This document shows positions 44,058 to 51,276 of a stretch of DNA of 64,000 nt, piece by piece (position 1 is the first letter of the stretch; every line of letters begins with the position of its first letter). The stretch is taken from NCBI GenBank assembly GCA_035478715.1, contig DATIJK010000041.1:2550-66549 (forward strand), written 5' to 3'. Under the pieces are notes generated by a model. That model was given only the letters and a program-made list of their open reading frames with translations. It made no database searches and was not told the DNA's origin. This DNA comes from Candidatus Saccharimonadales bacterium (GTDB lineage Bacteria; Patescibacteriota; Saccharimonadia; Saccharimonadales; UBA4665). Made by a program: the position numbers and the translations under genes.

Positions 44058-44585
44058 ATGATAGATGACTTAAATAAAACTATCGACGAATATCGGTCAA
44101 AGTGGCAAAGTCTTGTCGAAGGGCGCAAAGATAAATCAAGGTTTGATTCGGCGATTGCCCAGGCGGCCGGCTGGAAAGCGGCGGACTTGGCGGATTTTGA
44201 CAAATGTTTTGCGGAACTCCGCGGCAATTGCGAGCAGATGCATGTTGGCTGGTTGAACGACCGCTGGATCGCGATGATGGTACTAAGGGATACAAAATTA
44301 AACTGGGATATCCAAGTGATCAAACTGATGCAGCGCCGGCCGAACTCCACTGATGCCGTTGGTCTCGATCACATTGATTTTTATGCACCTGACTTTGGGG
44401 ATGCTGATATAGAACAGGCAAAAGAATCCGATTTGAAAATAACTGACGAAGCCAACGGGTTTTGTAAATGGACTTCGATCTGGTTTGATGGCACAGAAGC
44501 GAAGATGCGGCGAGAAAGCGTGCTCGATGTTGCTATCGCCGAAATGCAAGACGCCAATAAACGTATTTTGAACCTCAAAGTATGA
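44058..44585 (+). CDS. Hypothetical protein, possibly VOC/glyoxalase-fold
   Basis: VGLDHIDFYAPDF resembles the VOC beta-alpha-beta-beta-beta start. Track start 44022 is TTG and overlaps the previous gene, so ATG 44058 is preferred. Confidence 0.4.
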   Translation: MIDDLNKTIDEYRSKWQSLVEGRKDKSRFDSAIAQAAGWKAADLADFDKCFAELRGNCEQMHVGWLNDRWIAMMVLRDTKLNWDIQVIKLMQRRPNSTDAVGLDHIDFYAPDFGDADIEQAKESDLKITDEANGFCKWTSIWFDGTEAKMRRESVLDVAIAEMQDANKRILNLKV

Positions 44586-45127
44586 AAGATTTCGTACTGA
44601 TCACCGGCAACCAGAATAAAGCCGATTATCTGGCTATGTGGCTTGGCATGCCGGTCAAGCACGAAAAACTTGATCTGGACGAAATCCAATCGCTCGATTT
44701 GCGGACGATCGCAGAAGATAAGGCACGGCGGGCATTTGATGCGGTCAATAAACCAGTTCTAGTTGAAGATGTCGCACTTAGTTTTACAGCTTTGGGAAAA
44801 TTACCGGGACCGTTGCTAAAGTGGTTTTTAGAAGATATCGGAACAGAAGGGCTTTGCAGTCTGGCGGATGGGCTCGAAAACCGGACTGCCCGGGCGTACA
44901 TGATGTACGTGCTCTACGACGGGAATACGATGCATACGTTTGAAGGTACTACAAATGGTTACGTCGCGGACACTCCTCGCGGCAGCAGAGGTTTCGGATT
45001 CGACCCTACATTCATACCTGAAGGTTGCGCCAAAACTTACGCCGAAATGACCGATGACGAAGTCAAACCGTACAGTATCCGATATAAGGCCATCGAAAAA
45101 CTCAGGGAATTTCTGCAAAATTCGTGA
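44582..45127 (+). CDS. rdgB: Non-canonical purine NTP pyrophosphatase (RdgB/HAM1 family)
   Basis: ITGNQNKADY, VEDVALSF, PGPLLKWF, RGSRGFGFDPTFIP, SIRYKA. ATGA overlap with the upstream gene. Confidence 0.85.
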   Translation: MKDFVLITGNQNKADYLAMWLGMPVKHEKLDLDEIQSLDLRTIAEDKARRAFDAVNKPVLVEDVALSFTALGKLPGPLLKWFLEDIGTEGLCSLADGLENRTARAYMMYVLYDGNTMHTFEGTTNGYVADTPRGSRGFGFDPTFIPEGCAKTYAEMTDDEVKPYSIRYKAIEKLREFLQNS

Positions 45128-45165
45128 CCAATCTGTCACGCATCTGGTATCCTTAAATCCATACT

Positions 45166-46068
45166 ATGACTATAAAAATTGCGAGTTACAACCTGTGGAA
45201 AGGGGCAGAAAATACCTATTTCCGGCTTATTGATTTTATCAAGGAAGAGCAGTTTGATGTACTCTGTTTGCAGGAATTGAACGGTTGGCAATCTGACGAC
45301 TTGGCTAAAGTAAAGGATTTCGCTGACCGTGCGGTATTTGACTCTTACACATTTTGCAACAGCAATAGCGAATACAAATTGGCGGCATTCAGCAATTTGC
45401 CGGTGACGTTCCATAACGTGTACGTCGAGGGTTTCTGGCACGGTGTCATCGAAATGCACGTAAAAGCCGGAGATTTTGAATTTTCAATCGTGAATCTGCA
45501 CCTCGATCCATACAAAGAAGAACCCCGCATGGGTGAGATCCATCGGATGCTTGAGCTAATTGATACCGACAAACCGCGTATCATCACCGGCGACTTTAAC
45601 AGCGTCAGCCGCAAAGACAATTATCCGCCCGAATTCCTGTCGGAACTGCAAAAACGTAAGTTCTATAAATTCGGCATGAACGAACTCGATTTTGGTGTGA
45701 CCGATTTACTCGAATCGAAGGGTTATATTGATGCGGCAGCTCAGATCGGCAACAAAGACACGACCGTTCCGTCGCCATACGGCGAAAATTATGCCAAAGA
45801 CGAGGTCGCCGCAACTGAGGCACCTGCAAGGATCGATTACTTTTTCGTTAGCGAAGAGCTGGTGCCTATGGTCAAAGGATATGAAGTCGTAAAGAATCAC
45901 GATACGGACCGGCTGTCGGATCATTATCCCATCGTATTGACGCTTGAATTTGCGGATTCCGAAGGAAAATCTAGTACTCAAGCAGAAAAATCAGACGCAA
46001 CAGAAATTCCAAAAAAATCTGAACCAATTGAATCAGATGATGGAACAATTGAAATAAAATTACATTGA
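45166..46068 (+). CDS. Endonuclease/exonuclease/phosphatase (EEP) family protein
   Basis: IASYNLW, LCLQEL, GDFNS, DYFF, SDHYPI motifs. Acidic/Ser-rich C-terminal tail. Confidence 0.8.
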   Translation: MTIKIASYNLWKGAENTYFRLIDFIKEEQFDVLCLQELNGWQSDDLAKVKDFADRAVFDSYTFCNSNSEYKLAAFSNLPVTFHNVYVEGFWHGVIEMHVKAGDFEFSIVNLHLDPYKEEPRMGEIHRMLELIDTDKPRIITGDFNSVSRKDNYPPEFLSELQKRKFYKFGMNELDFGVTDLLESKGYIDAAAQIGNKDTTVPSPYGENYAKDEVAATEAPARIDYFFVSEELVPMVKGYEVVKNHDTDRLSDHYPIVLTLEFADSEGKSSTQAEKSDATEIPKKSEPIESDDGTIEIKLH

Positions 46069-46069
46069 C

Positions 46070-46098
46070 TTGACAGTTATTAAAAAACCGTTTATGCT
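46070..46098 (+). promoter_or_regulatory. Sigma-70-type promoter upstream of the corA leader
   Basis: TTGACA (46070-46075), 17-nt spacer, TATGCT (46093-46098). The predicted start falls at about 46105-46108, where the structured segment begins. Confidence 0.5.
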
Positions 46099-46107
46099 TT
46101 AGATAAT

Positions 46108-46217
46108 TCGTGCGCACGCGGCGCGTGAAACAAACATTTTCCAAAAATTAAATGGGTGGCACTCGCCGCAGGGTGAGCGCGCACGACTACTATCGGGCGG
46201 CAAATATTCCGCCCGAT
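46108..46217 (+). ncRNA. Candidate structured 5' leader (riboswitch-like) or small RNA upstream of corA
   Basis: Nested long-range helices TCGTGCGC (46108-15)/GCGCACGA (46179-86) and GCGGCG (46118-23)/CGCCGC (46164-69). Competing local hairpin CACGC-GGC-GCGTG (46115-27). Downstream hairpin ATCGGGCGG-CAAATATT-CCGCCCGAT (46192-46217). Confidence 0.35.
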
Positions 46218-46284
46218 ATTATTATCAGCAGTTTTGCCATCGCTATTACTTGCAGAGTACAATGGCACCAACGAGGACCAGAAA

Positions 46285-47214
46285 ATGATAAAAAACTATT
46301 ACAAAAGTCTCCGGACGGATAGTGTCCAGGAATTGCAGCAAGCGAAGCGCGGATCGTGGGTATACGCCGAAGCACCTACAGGCGAAGAATTGGCTGAACT
46401 CAGCGAACAATACGGGTTGGACCTTGGAAATCTGCAAGACGCGATGGATGTCGACGAAATGCCGCGGTTGGATAAAGAAGACGGCCACAGCTATATTTTC
46501 GTGCGATTCGCTTATAAAGATTCGAATGACGAATTAGATACTGCGCCGCTATTGATCGTATTCGCGGGCGAAATCGTTTTTACGATCGTGCCGGTACGAT
46601 TACCGGTGATTGAAAAATTTTTAAACGGCAAAATAGATTTTGCATCAACGCAGCGCACGAAATTGATTTTGCAGTTGTTGCAAGAGATCGTCGAACAATA
46701 CGACAATTACATTTCACGCACCAGCAAACGCATCAAATATATCCGGTCACGGTTACGCGATCATGGCATCAGTAACAAGGATTTTGCCGATTTTGTGATG
46801 ATAGAAGATGAACTGAACGAATTCCTCGGCGCTCTCCAGCCAAATAACTCTACGCTTCGCCGATTACTCATTGGCCGCCACATACCGCTGTTCGAAGAAG
46901 ATCAGGATATCGTTGAAGATCTGATGTTGAACAACGAACAATCTATCGAAACATGCAATTCCAACATCAAATCGATCATAAACATCCGCGAAGCATATAC
47001 TTCGATCAGCACAAACAATCTGAATCAAACCATTAAAATCTTAACGATCGCCACCGTTGTTATCGCACTGCCGAATTTATTTTATGGTATGTATGGCATG
47101 AACGTCCCGCTGCCGCTTCAGCATGAACCTTGGGCATATTGGGTTGTGTTATCAGTAACAGTTTGCGTACCGCTGATCGGGCTATGGTATGCCCACAAAC
47201 GTAAAATCATTTAA
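46285..47214 (+). CDS. corA: CorA-family magnesium/cobalt transporter
   Basis: C-terminal two TM helices with YGMNV (GMN motif). Cytoplasmic alpha/beta N-domain. ATG at 46285 preferred over the track start 46234. Confidence 0.9.
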   Translation: MIKNYYKSLRTDSVQELQQAKRGSWVYAEAPTGEELAELSEQYGLDLGNLQDAMDVDEMPRLDKEDGHSYIFVRFAYKDSNDELDTAPLLIVFAGEIVFTIVPVRLPVIEKFLNGKIDFASTQRTKLILQLLQEIVEQYDNYISRTSKRIKYIRSRLRDHGISNKDFADFVMIEDELNEFLGALQPNNSTLRRLLIGRHIPLFEEDQDIVEDLMLNNEQSIETCNSNIKSIINIREAYTSISTNNLNQTIKILTIATVVIALPNLFYGMYGMNVPLPLQHEPWAYWVVLSVTVCVPLIGLWYAHKRKII

Positions 47215-47261
47215 CGCTTTAAAATAAGATAATTTTTTGTTAGAATTACCCGAGTTCACAT

Positions 47262-47338
47262 GGGGCATTAGCTCAGTTGGCTAGAGCGCTTCAATGGCAT
47301 TGAAGAGGCCATCGGTTCAAGTCCGATATGCTCCACCA
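47262..47338 (+). tRNA. tRNA-Ala (anticodon GGC), CCA encoded
   Basis: Acceptor GGGGCAT/ATGCTCC with the G3:U70 identity pair, anticodon stem CTTCA/TGAAG with loop ATGGCAT, T-arm ATCGG-TTCAAGT-CCGAT. Confidence 0.9.
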
Positions 47339-47340
47339 TT
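47327..47340 (+). repeat. Left copy of 14-nt direct repeat TATGCTCCACCATT (tRNA-Ala 3' end plus 2 nt)
   Basis: Exact match to 49624-49637. Confidence 0.85.
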
Positions 47341-47356
47341 TGAAATATCCGATGCG

Positions 47357-47395
47357 AAAAGTTCGAGGATTTGCTTACTCGGACTTTTTCTTTAT
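47357..47395 (+). terminator. Intrinsic terminator after tRNA-Ala(GGC)
   Basis: AAAAGTTCGAG-(10 nt)-CTCGGACTTTT followed by TCTTTATT. Confidence 0.65.
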
Positions 47396-47488
47396 TACAA
47401 ACCAGCATTTTCTATTAGAGTACTGCAATGCGGTGTGGAACCATTCTCATTAATAAGTTGTCGAATAATTTACCTGCGAAGCGAGGTA

Positions 47489-48217
47489 TTAAAGTGCCAC
47501 GGGACGGTTTTTCTGGTAGAAGGTACAGCCGGTTCCAGAGCCCGAAAAATAAAGGAAAAATATCGAGGTGCGGGTATTTGGTACACACATCCACCTGCCT
47601 TGAACCCCAACACCGCCATTCGGGTTATCAGACCAGAAAACATTTACCAGCTGAAACCGACCAGTACTGGACAGCGGTGATCCTATGGCTATAAATTGTG
47701 TTCCAGTCGCTCCGTGTTGGCCGCCGTTATCGGGACACCAAGTCAAATCGGCCGCCGAGTTAGCGTCCTGGTCACCCACACAGAGCGGATTGGCAACACC
47801 CGCCTGTTCGATTTTTAAAATCCACCTGCTATAGTTACCGTGGTTTAATCTATAAGTTGTAAATGGACACATTTTTCCCCCATTTTCGCCATTTCTTCCA
47901 TCGGTAACATGTCCATGATTACAATGATCCGTCATAAACGCATACTTAAAGTTGTTATTAATGTCATCCGCTTTGTAGCCGATAATAGGTGTGGTACCTG
48001 GTTGAAAACCACCACCTTTGCGATTTAGGCATATCGATGTTGATTCCACCGTACATATTTGATTAACAGGTTCGGCTGCCGTGTTGTATGTGTGTTGTAT
48101 TTTCGGAACGATCAAAGCAATCAGGGCAACGCCGGTTGCTACTGCCAAAATCAGATAATGCTGTTTAGCAAATGCAATCCGAGATCTGGATTTTCGCTTT
48201 GTACGGCTAGCTTTCAT
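47489..48217 (-). CDS. Hypothetical secreted protein, possibly beta-trefoil (ricin-B-like) lectin fold
   Basis: K/R-rich tail plus TM signal anchor. Repeated Cys-containing modules (ICLNRKGGG.., LCVGDQDANSAADLTWC..GTQF, GRWMCV). Assignment is weak. Confidence 0.45.
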   Translation of the reverse strand: MKASRTKRKSRSRIAFAKQHYLILAVATGVALIALIVPKIQHTYNTAAEPVNQICTVESTSICLNRKGGGFQPGTTPIIGYKADDINNNFKYAFMTDHCNHGHVTDGRNGENGGKMCPFTTYRLNHGNYSRWILKIEQAGVANPLCVGDQDANSAADLTWCPDNGGQHGATGTQFIAIGSPLSSTGRFQLVNVFWSDNPNGGVGVQGRWMCVPNTRTSIFFLYFSGSGTGCTFYQKNRPVAL

Positions 48218-48317
48218 GCCTTCAGCTTACATTATACTTATGCTTAATGTAAAAAGTTTATAGAAATTGTAATCTTGAAAAGTTGTCATTTTAGTAAATA
48301 TATATTATAATAAACTT

Positions 48318-48890
48318 ATGAGTAGCCGTATCATTCCTGGCACGGTGGAGATTGCGGATAGGTTCACCGACAAACCTTTCGAAGCCCTAATTATCAATCA
48401 AGAAACAACCGAACCAAACCCGGTACGCCTCTTTGCCGCGATTCAACTTGCCGAATCTACACATCATCAAATCGATAGGGGCAGACGGCTGGTACTTTCT
48501 GGGCTTCCTGCGGCTATTATGGCCTACCCCGGTGAGGTTGCCGGCATCTTTCCTGTCCAAATTACAGCCGAAATGGCCAGACAAAATTTAGTTGATGCAA
48601 TGAGCCGCGGTGCAGTTGCGATATCCCATGCCGTTATCGTCGAACTAATGGGCATACCAGAATCGGATGAAACCAACTTCACCTGGACAACAATTGGCGA
48701 AAGCCGGGTCAAGATCACCGGGCAGGATCTTCAAGACTACGTCGTAGACAAAGCTAGAGAAGTCATTATTTTCGACAACGGTGAGATCGGGAAAATTACG
48801 ATCCCCAACAGACACGCCGACGAAAATTCAATAGAAGCCCTCCTACCGTATAACGGCCAATTCGAAGTAGTTGCAACAATTAGATTTTAA
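48318..48890 (+). CDS. Hypothetical protein (orphan)
   Basis: 190 aa, soluble, no motif recognised. TATAAT at 48306-48311 lies 6 nt before the ATG, with no SD. Confidence 0.5.
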   Translation: MSSRIIPGTVEIADRFTDKPFEALIINQETTEPNPVRLFAAIQLAESTHHQIDRGRRLVLSGLPAAIMAYPGEVAGIFPVQITAEMARQNLVDAMSRGAVAISHAVIVELMGIPESDETNFTWTTIGESRVKITGQDLQDYVVDKAREVIIFDNGEIGKITIPNRHADENSIEALLPYNGQFEVVATIRF

Positions 48891-49024
48891 AACCACTAAT
48901 AGCTATCCGTTGAGAAATGTCCGGCGGGGACGAGAGTGGAGCGGAAGTAACTATGTTATTTTAGATTAATCAACACATACGTATGTTATGACAAAGTATC
49001 ATATAATATTGTATAATATATTTT

Positions 49025-49573
49025 ATGAAATCTCTGTCTGAAGCTTCTGAGGCTTTAAGGTATAACCCTTTAGATCGTATTGTTGATGAGGAAAGAAATG
49101 CTGCGGTCACGCTTCTTACCGACTTCGTATTACAGACGCTCAATTACGATCCAAGACTCACGCCGCCAATGCCTGTTAAGGGCACTCACGATTTTATTAG
49201 ATCGCTGCATGTTGTACGAAAAAGGGCACTTGTAACGGACTTTCATGCTGGAAGTCTAAGTTTTGAATTGGCAGCATCCGGAGAGCAATGCCCGGACACG
49301 CAATTGGTGTTTCGTATTGATGATGAACCTGAAAAAGCCAGGAACTACAGAGCCAATTTTGGAGTATATCAGCGACCCGGGGATGGTCAGAGGATTGTAG
49401 GACAAGCATTTAACAGGAACGGAATGCCCGATATAATCGGCATGGATGACCTCCAAGTCATAACGATGGAAATAGATGAGTTGGTGGCAGCTGCTCGAGC
49501 CGGGGTAAATGATTTACGAATAATGTCCGCTGCAGAGTGTCTAGAGTTTTTTGAGGCTGAAGCCGATCTGTAG
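49025..49573 (+). CDS. Hypothetical protein (orphan)
   Basis: 182 aa, acidic, no motif recognised. TGTATAAT at 49010-49017 lies 7 nt before the ATG, with no SD. Confidence 0.5.
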   Translation: MKSLSEASEALRYNPLDRIVDEERNAAVTLLTDFVLQTLNYDPRLTPPMPVKGTHDFIRSLHVVRKRALVTDFHAGSLSFELAASGEQCPDTQLVFRIDDEPEKARNYRANFGVYQRPGDGQRIVGQAFNRNGMPDIIGMDDLQVITMEIDELVAAARAGVNDLRIMSAAECLEFFEAEADL

Positions 49574-49623
49574 TCAACTTACTTATTTTAGACACTTTAG
49601 TGCAAAGTTCTAAAAACGTTAAT

Positions 49624-49637
49624 TATGCTCCACCATT
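49624..49637 (+). repeat. Right copy of 14-nt direct repeat TATGCTCCACCATT
   Basis: Exact match to 47327-47340. Flanking bases differ on both sides. Confidence 0.85.
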
Positions 49638-49671
49638 ACGCTTATGATTATTTTTGATATAATTTTGAGCA

Positions 49672-49974
49672 GTGAACAATTCGGGTATTAAACGACACTT
49701 GACGCTCATCGGCAGTATTGTAGCATTCGTAGTCACAACCTATTTTTCAGCCTTGCCGTCATCAAATATAAGAACTGATTTATTCATCATTGAAATCGGT
49801 TATTTTTTTGCAGGATTGCTTTTGGCCAATTATATTTCAGGCTTTATGAAATCACATAATCCAAAGTCTAGTTCAATGAATTTCTGGCTCATGACCGGCA
49901 TAACGGTGGGTGCTTTCATACTGTTTAACGTCGTTGCGTTTATTTACGCATTGTTTACGCAACCCTTCTTTTAA
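49672..49974 (+). CDS. Small hypothetical membrane protein (3 TM)
   Basis: GTG-initiated 100-aa hydrophobic ORF. No family recognised. Confidence 0.4.
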   Translation: MNNSGIKRHLTLIGSIVAFVVTTYFSALPSSNIRTDLFIIEIGYFFAGLLLANYISGFMKSHNPKSSSMNFWLMTGITVGAFILFNVVAFIYALFTQPFF

Positions 49975-50033
49975 TAGCATCACTTTTTATGCTCACCCCA
50001 ATAGGGGTTATCTATTATATATTTTGAACGATT

Positions 50034-51272
50034 TCAACGGTTGCGGTTTGGTATCAGATATATAAAGAGATACAGAAGTATTAGCCCTGCCAAGACTAAT
50101 GCTCCGACTCCGATGACTAGCGACCGTTTGTGGGCTGTATTTTTACCTGATACCGAGGTTGTGGCTGTATCAGTAGTTGATGCGCTGCCTGTAGAATCCG
50201 TGTCCATTGTATTTGAATCTTGATTGCCCGATGAATTCGTCGGCACATCATTTGTAGTCCCGGAAGTCGTACCTGTGCTGCTTGCTGGCGAATTACTCGG
50301 ATGTACGTTTGAAGGCGGGTGGCCCGGTGACGGTGCTGGTGTCGGTTTAGGTGTCGGGGCAGGGCTTGGAGTGGGATGTGGCGTTGGAGAGGGGGACGGG
50401 GTTGGCGATGGCGATGGCGATGGCGGCGGTGCCGGAGGCGGCGGAGGCGTAGGGTTAACAGCGCTCTTTTTCCAGACCCGGACATAGTCAGTCTTCAACT
50501 GGTACGACGTTCCGGTTTTGCAGCCGCCGGAACAATCGAGAGAAAATATTAGGTATTGCGGCGCCCCGCCATCGTTGGACGTATAAGACCGGACGAGTTT
50601 GCCGTCCCAATAAATGTAATCTTTACCTTTCTCGCGGTCCATCGCATACGTATGCCACCCGTTAGACCAAGTGCCGGCAATCGTACCTGAGTTGCTCGCG
50701 CCACTTGGCGAATGGTAGTTTGTAGTGGCGGTCCCTAAGCCTTCGAATATATCGCTTTCGCCATCTGTAGGCCAACTTTGTCCATCTGTCCAAAATGCCG
50801 GCCAGTTGTATATGGTAGATCCGCTCCCCGGGACATACATGCGTGTTTCAACAGCGTAACCGGTACCGAAAGTGAAACCGCCGCCATTGGTTTGAGAAGG
50901 GTCTGTATCAATCGTCGCGCCGGAAGATGATGATGCGAGTGTTAGTACCGCGTAACCGCCCGATACCGAGACATTCTTAGCCTGCATGTAGACACCATTA
51001 TCATTATTTACCTTTCCGCCATTGAACCAGCTCGGGCTCCAGTAATTAGTGTTCAAACTTGTACCGTTAAACTCATCATCAAAGACCAAGCTCCAGTTGC
51101 CGGAAATTCCGGCAGGAACGACGGCCGCAAAACTATTGAAAATCATGAGGACGCCGAATATACCGACAGCAGTGGCAGTTGCAATCATTGCTGAATAACG
51201 TTTGCTATTCCTATTCCAGTTCGTTAATTTTTGGTTTTTCTTTGTGCTAATTTTGCGTTTTTTCATAATCAA
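50034..51272 (-). CDS. Secreted GH16-family glycoside hydrolase with Pro/Ser/Thr linker and C-terminal TM anchor
   Basis: Signal anchor; DDEFNG..; catalytic box GESDIFEGLG (ExDxxE type); WHTYAMD; YWDGKLV. PTPSPSP-type linker. Terminal hydrophobic helix followed by NRNR. Confidence 0.75.
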   Translation of the reverse strand: MIMKKRKISTKKNQKLTNWNRNSKRYSAMIATATAVGIFGVLMIFNSFAAVVPAGISGNWSLVFDDEFNGTSLNTNYWSPSWFNGGKVNNDNGVYMQAKNVSVSGGYAVLTLASSSSGATIDTDPSQTNGGGFTFGTGYAVETRMYVPGSGSTIYNWPAFWTDGQSWPTDGESDIFEGLGTATTNYHSPSGASNSGTIAGTWSNGWHTYAMDREKGKDYIYWDGKLVRSYTSNDGGAPQYLIFSLDCSGGCKTGTSYQLKTDYVRVWKKSAVNPTPPPPPAPPPSPSPSPTPSPSPTPHPTPSPAPTPKPTPAPSPGHPPSNVHPSNSPASSTGTTSGTTNDVPTNSSGNQDSNTMDTDSTGSASTTDTATTSVSGKNTAHKRSLVIGVGALVLAGLILLYLFIYLIPNRNR

Positions 51273-51276
51273 CTAA

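Larger units (their letters stand above)
47341..49623. mobile_element. Candidate tRNA-Ala-associated islet (relic of an integrated element, no integrase)
   Basis: Bounded by the 14-nt direct repeat derived from the tRNA 3' end. Contains three orphan ORFs with no housekeeping assignment. Confidence 0.4.

Noticed and set aside
46108-46217. M-box (ykoK) Mg2+ riboswitch as the identity of the corA leader
   Set aside because: The segment is about half the length of an M-box, and I cannot find the characteristic GTTAGGTGAGGCT-type core. It is kept as an unclassified candidate instead.
47294-47694. Plus-strand ORFs 47294..47680 and 47428..47694
   Set aside because: The first starts inside tRNA-Ala(GGC) and runs through its terminator. 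Both overlap the 3' end of the better-supported minus-strand gene 47489..48217 and have no promoter or RBS.
50117-50487. ORFs 50117..50485 (minus, alternative frame) and 50224..50487 (plus, Gly-rich)
   Set aside because: They are alternative readings of the repetitive Pro-codon linker of the GH16 gene. Such repeats stay open in several frames.
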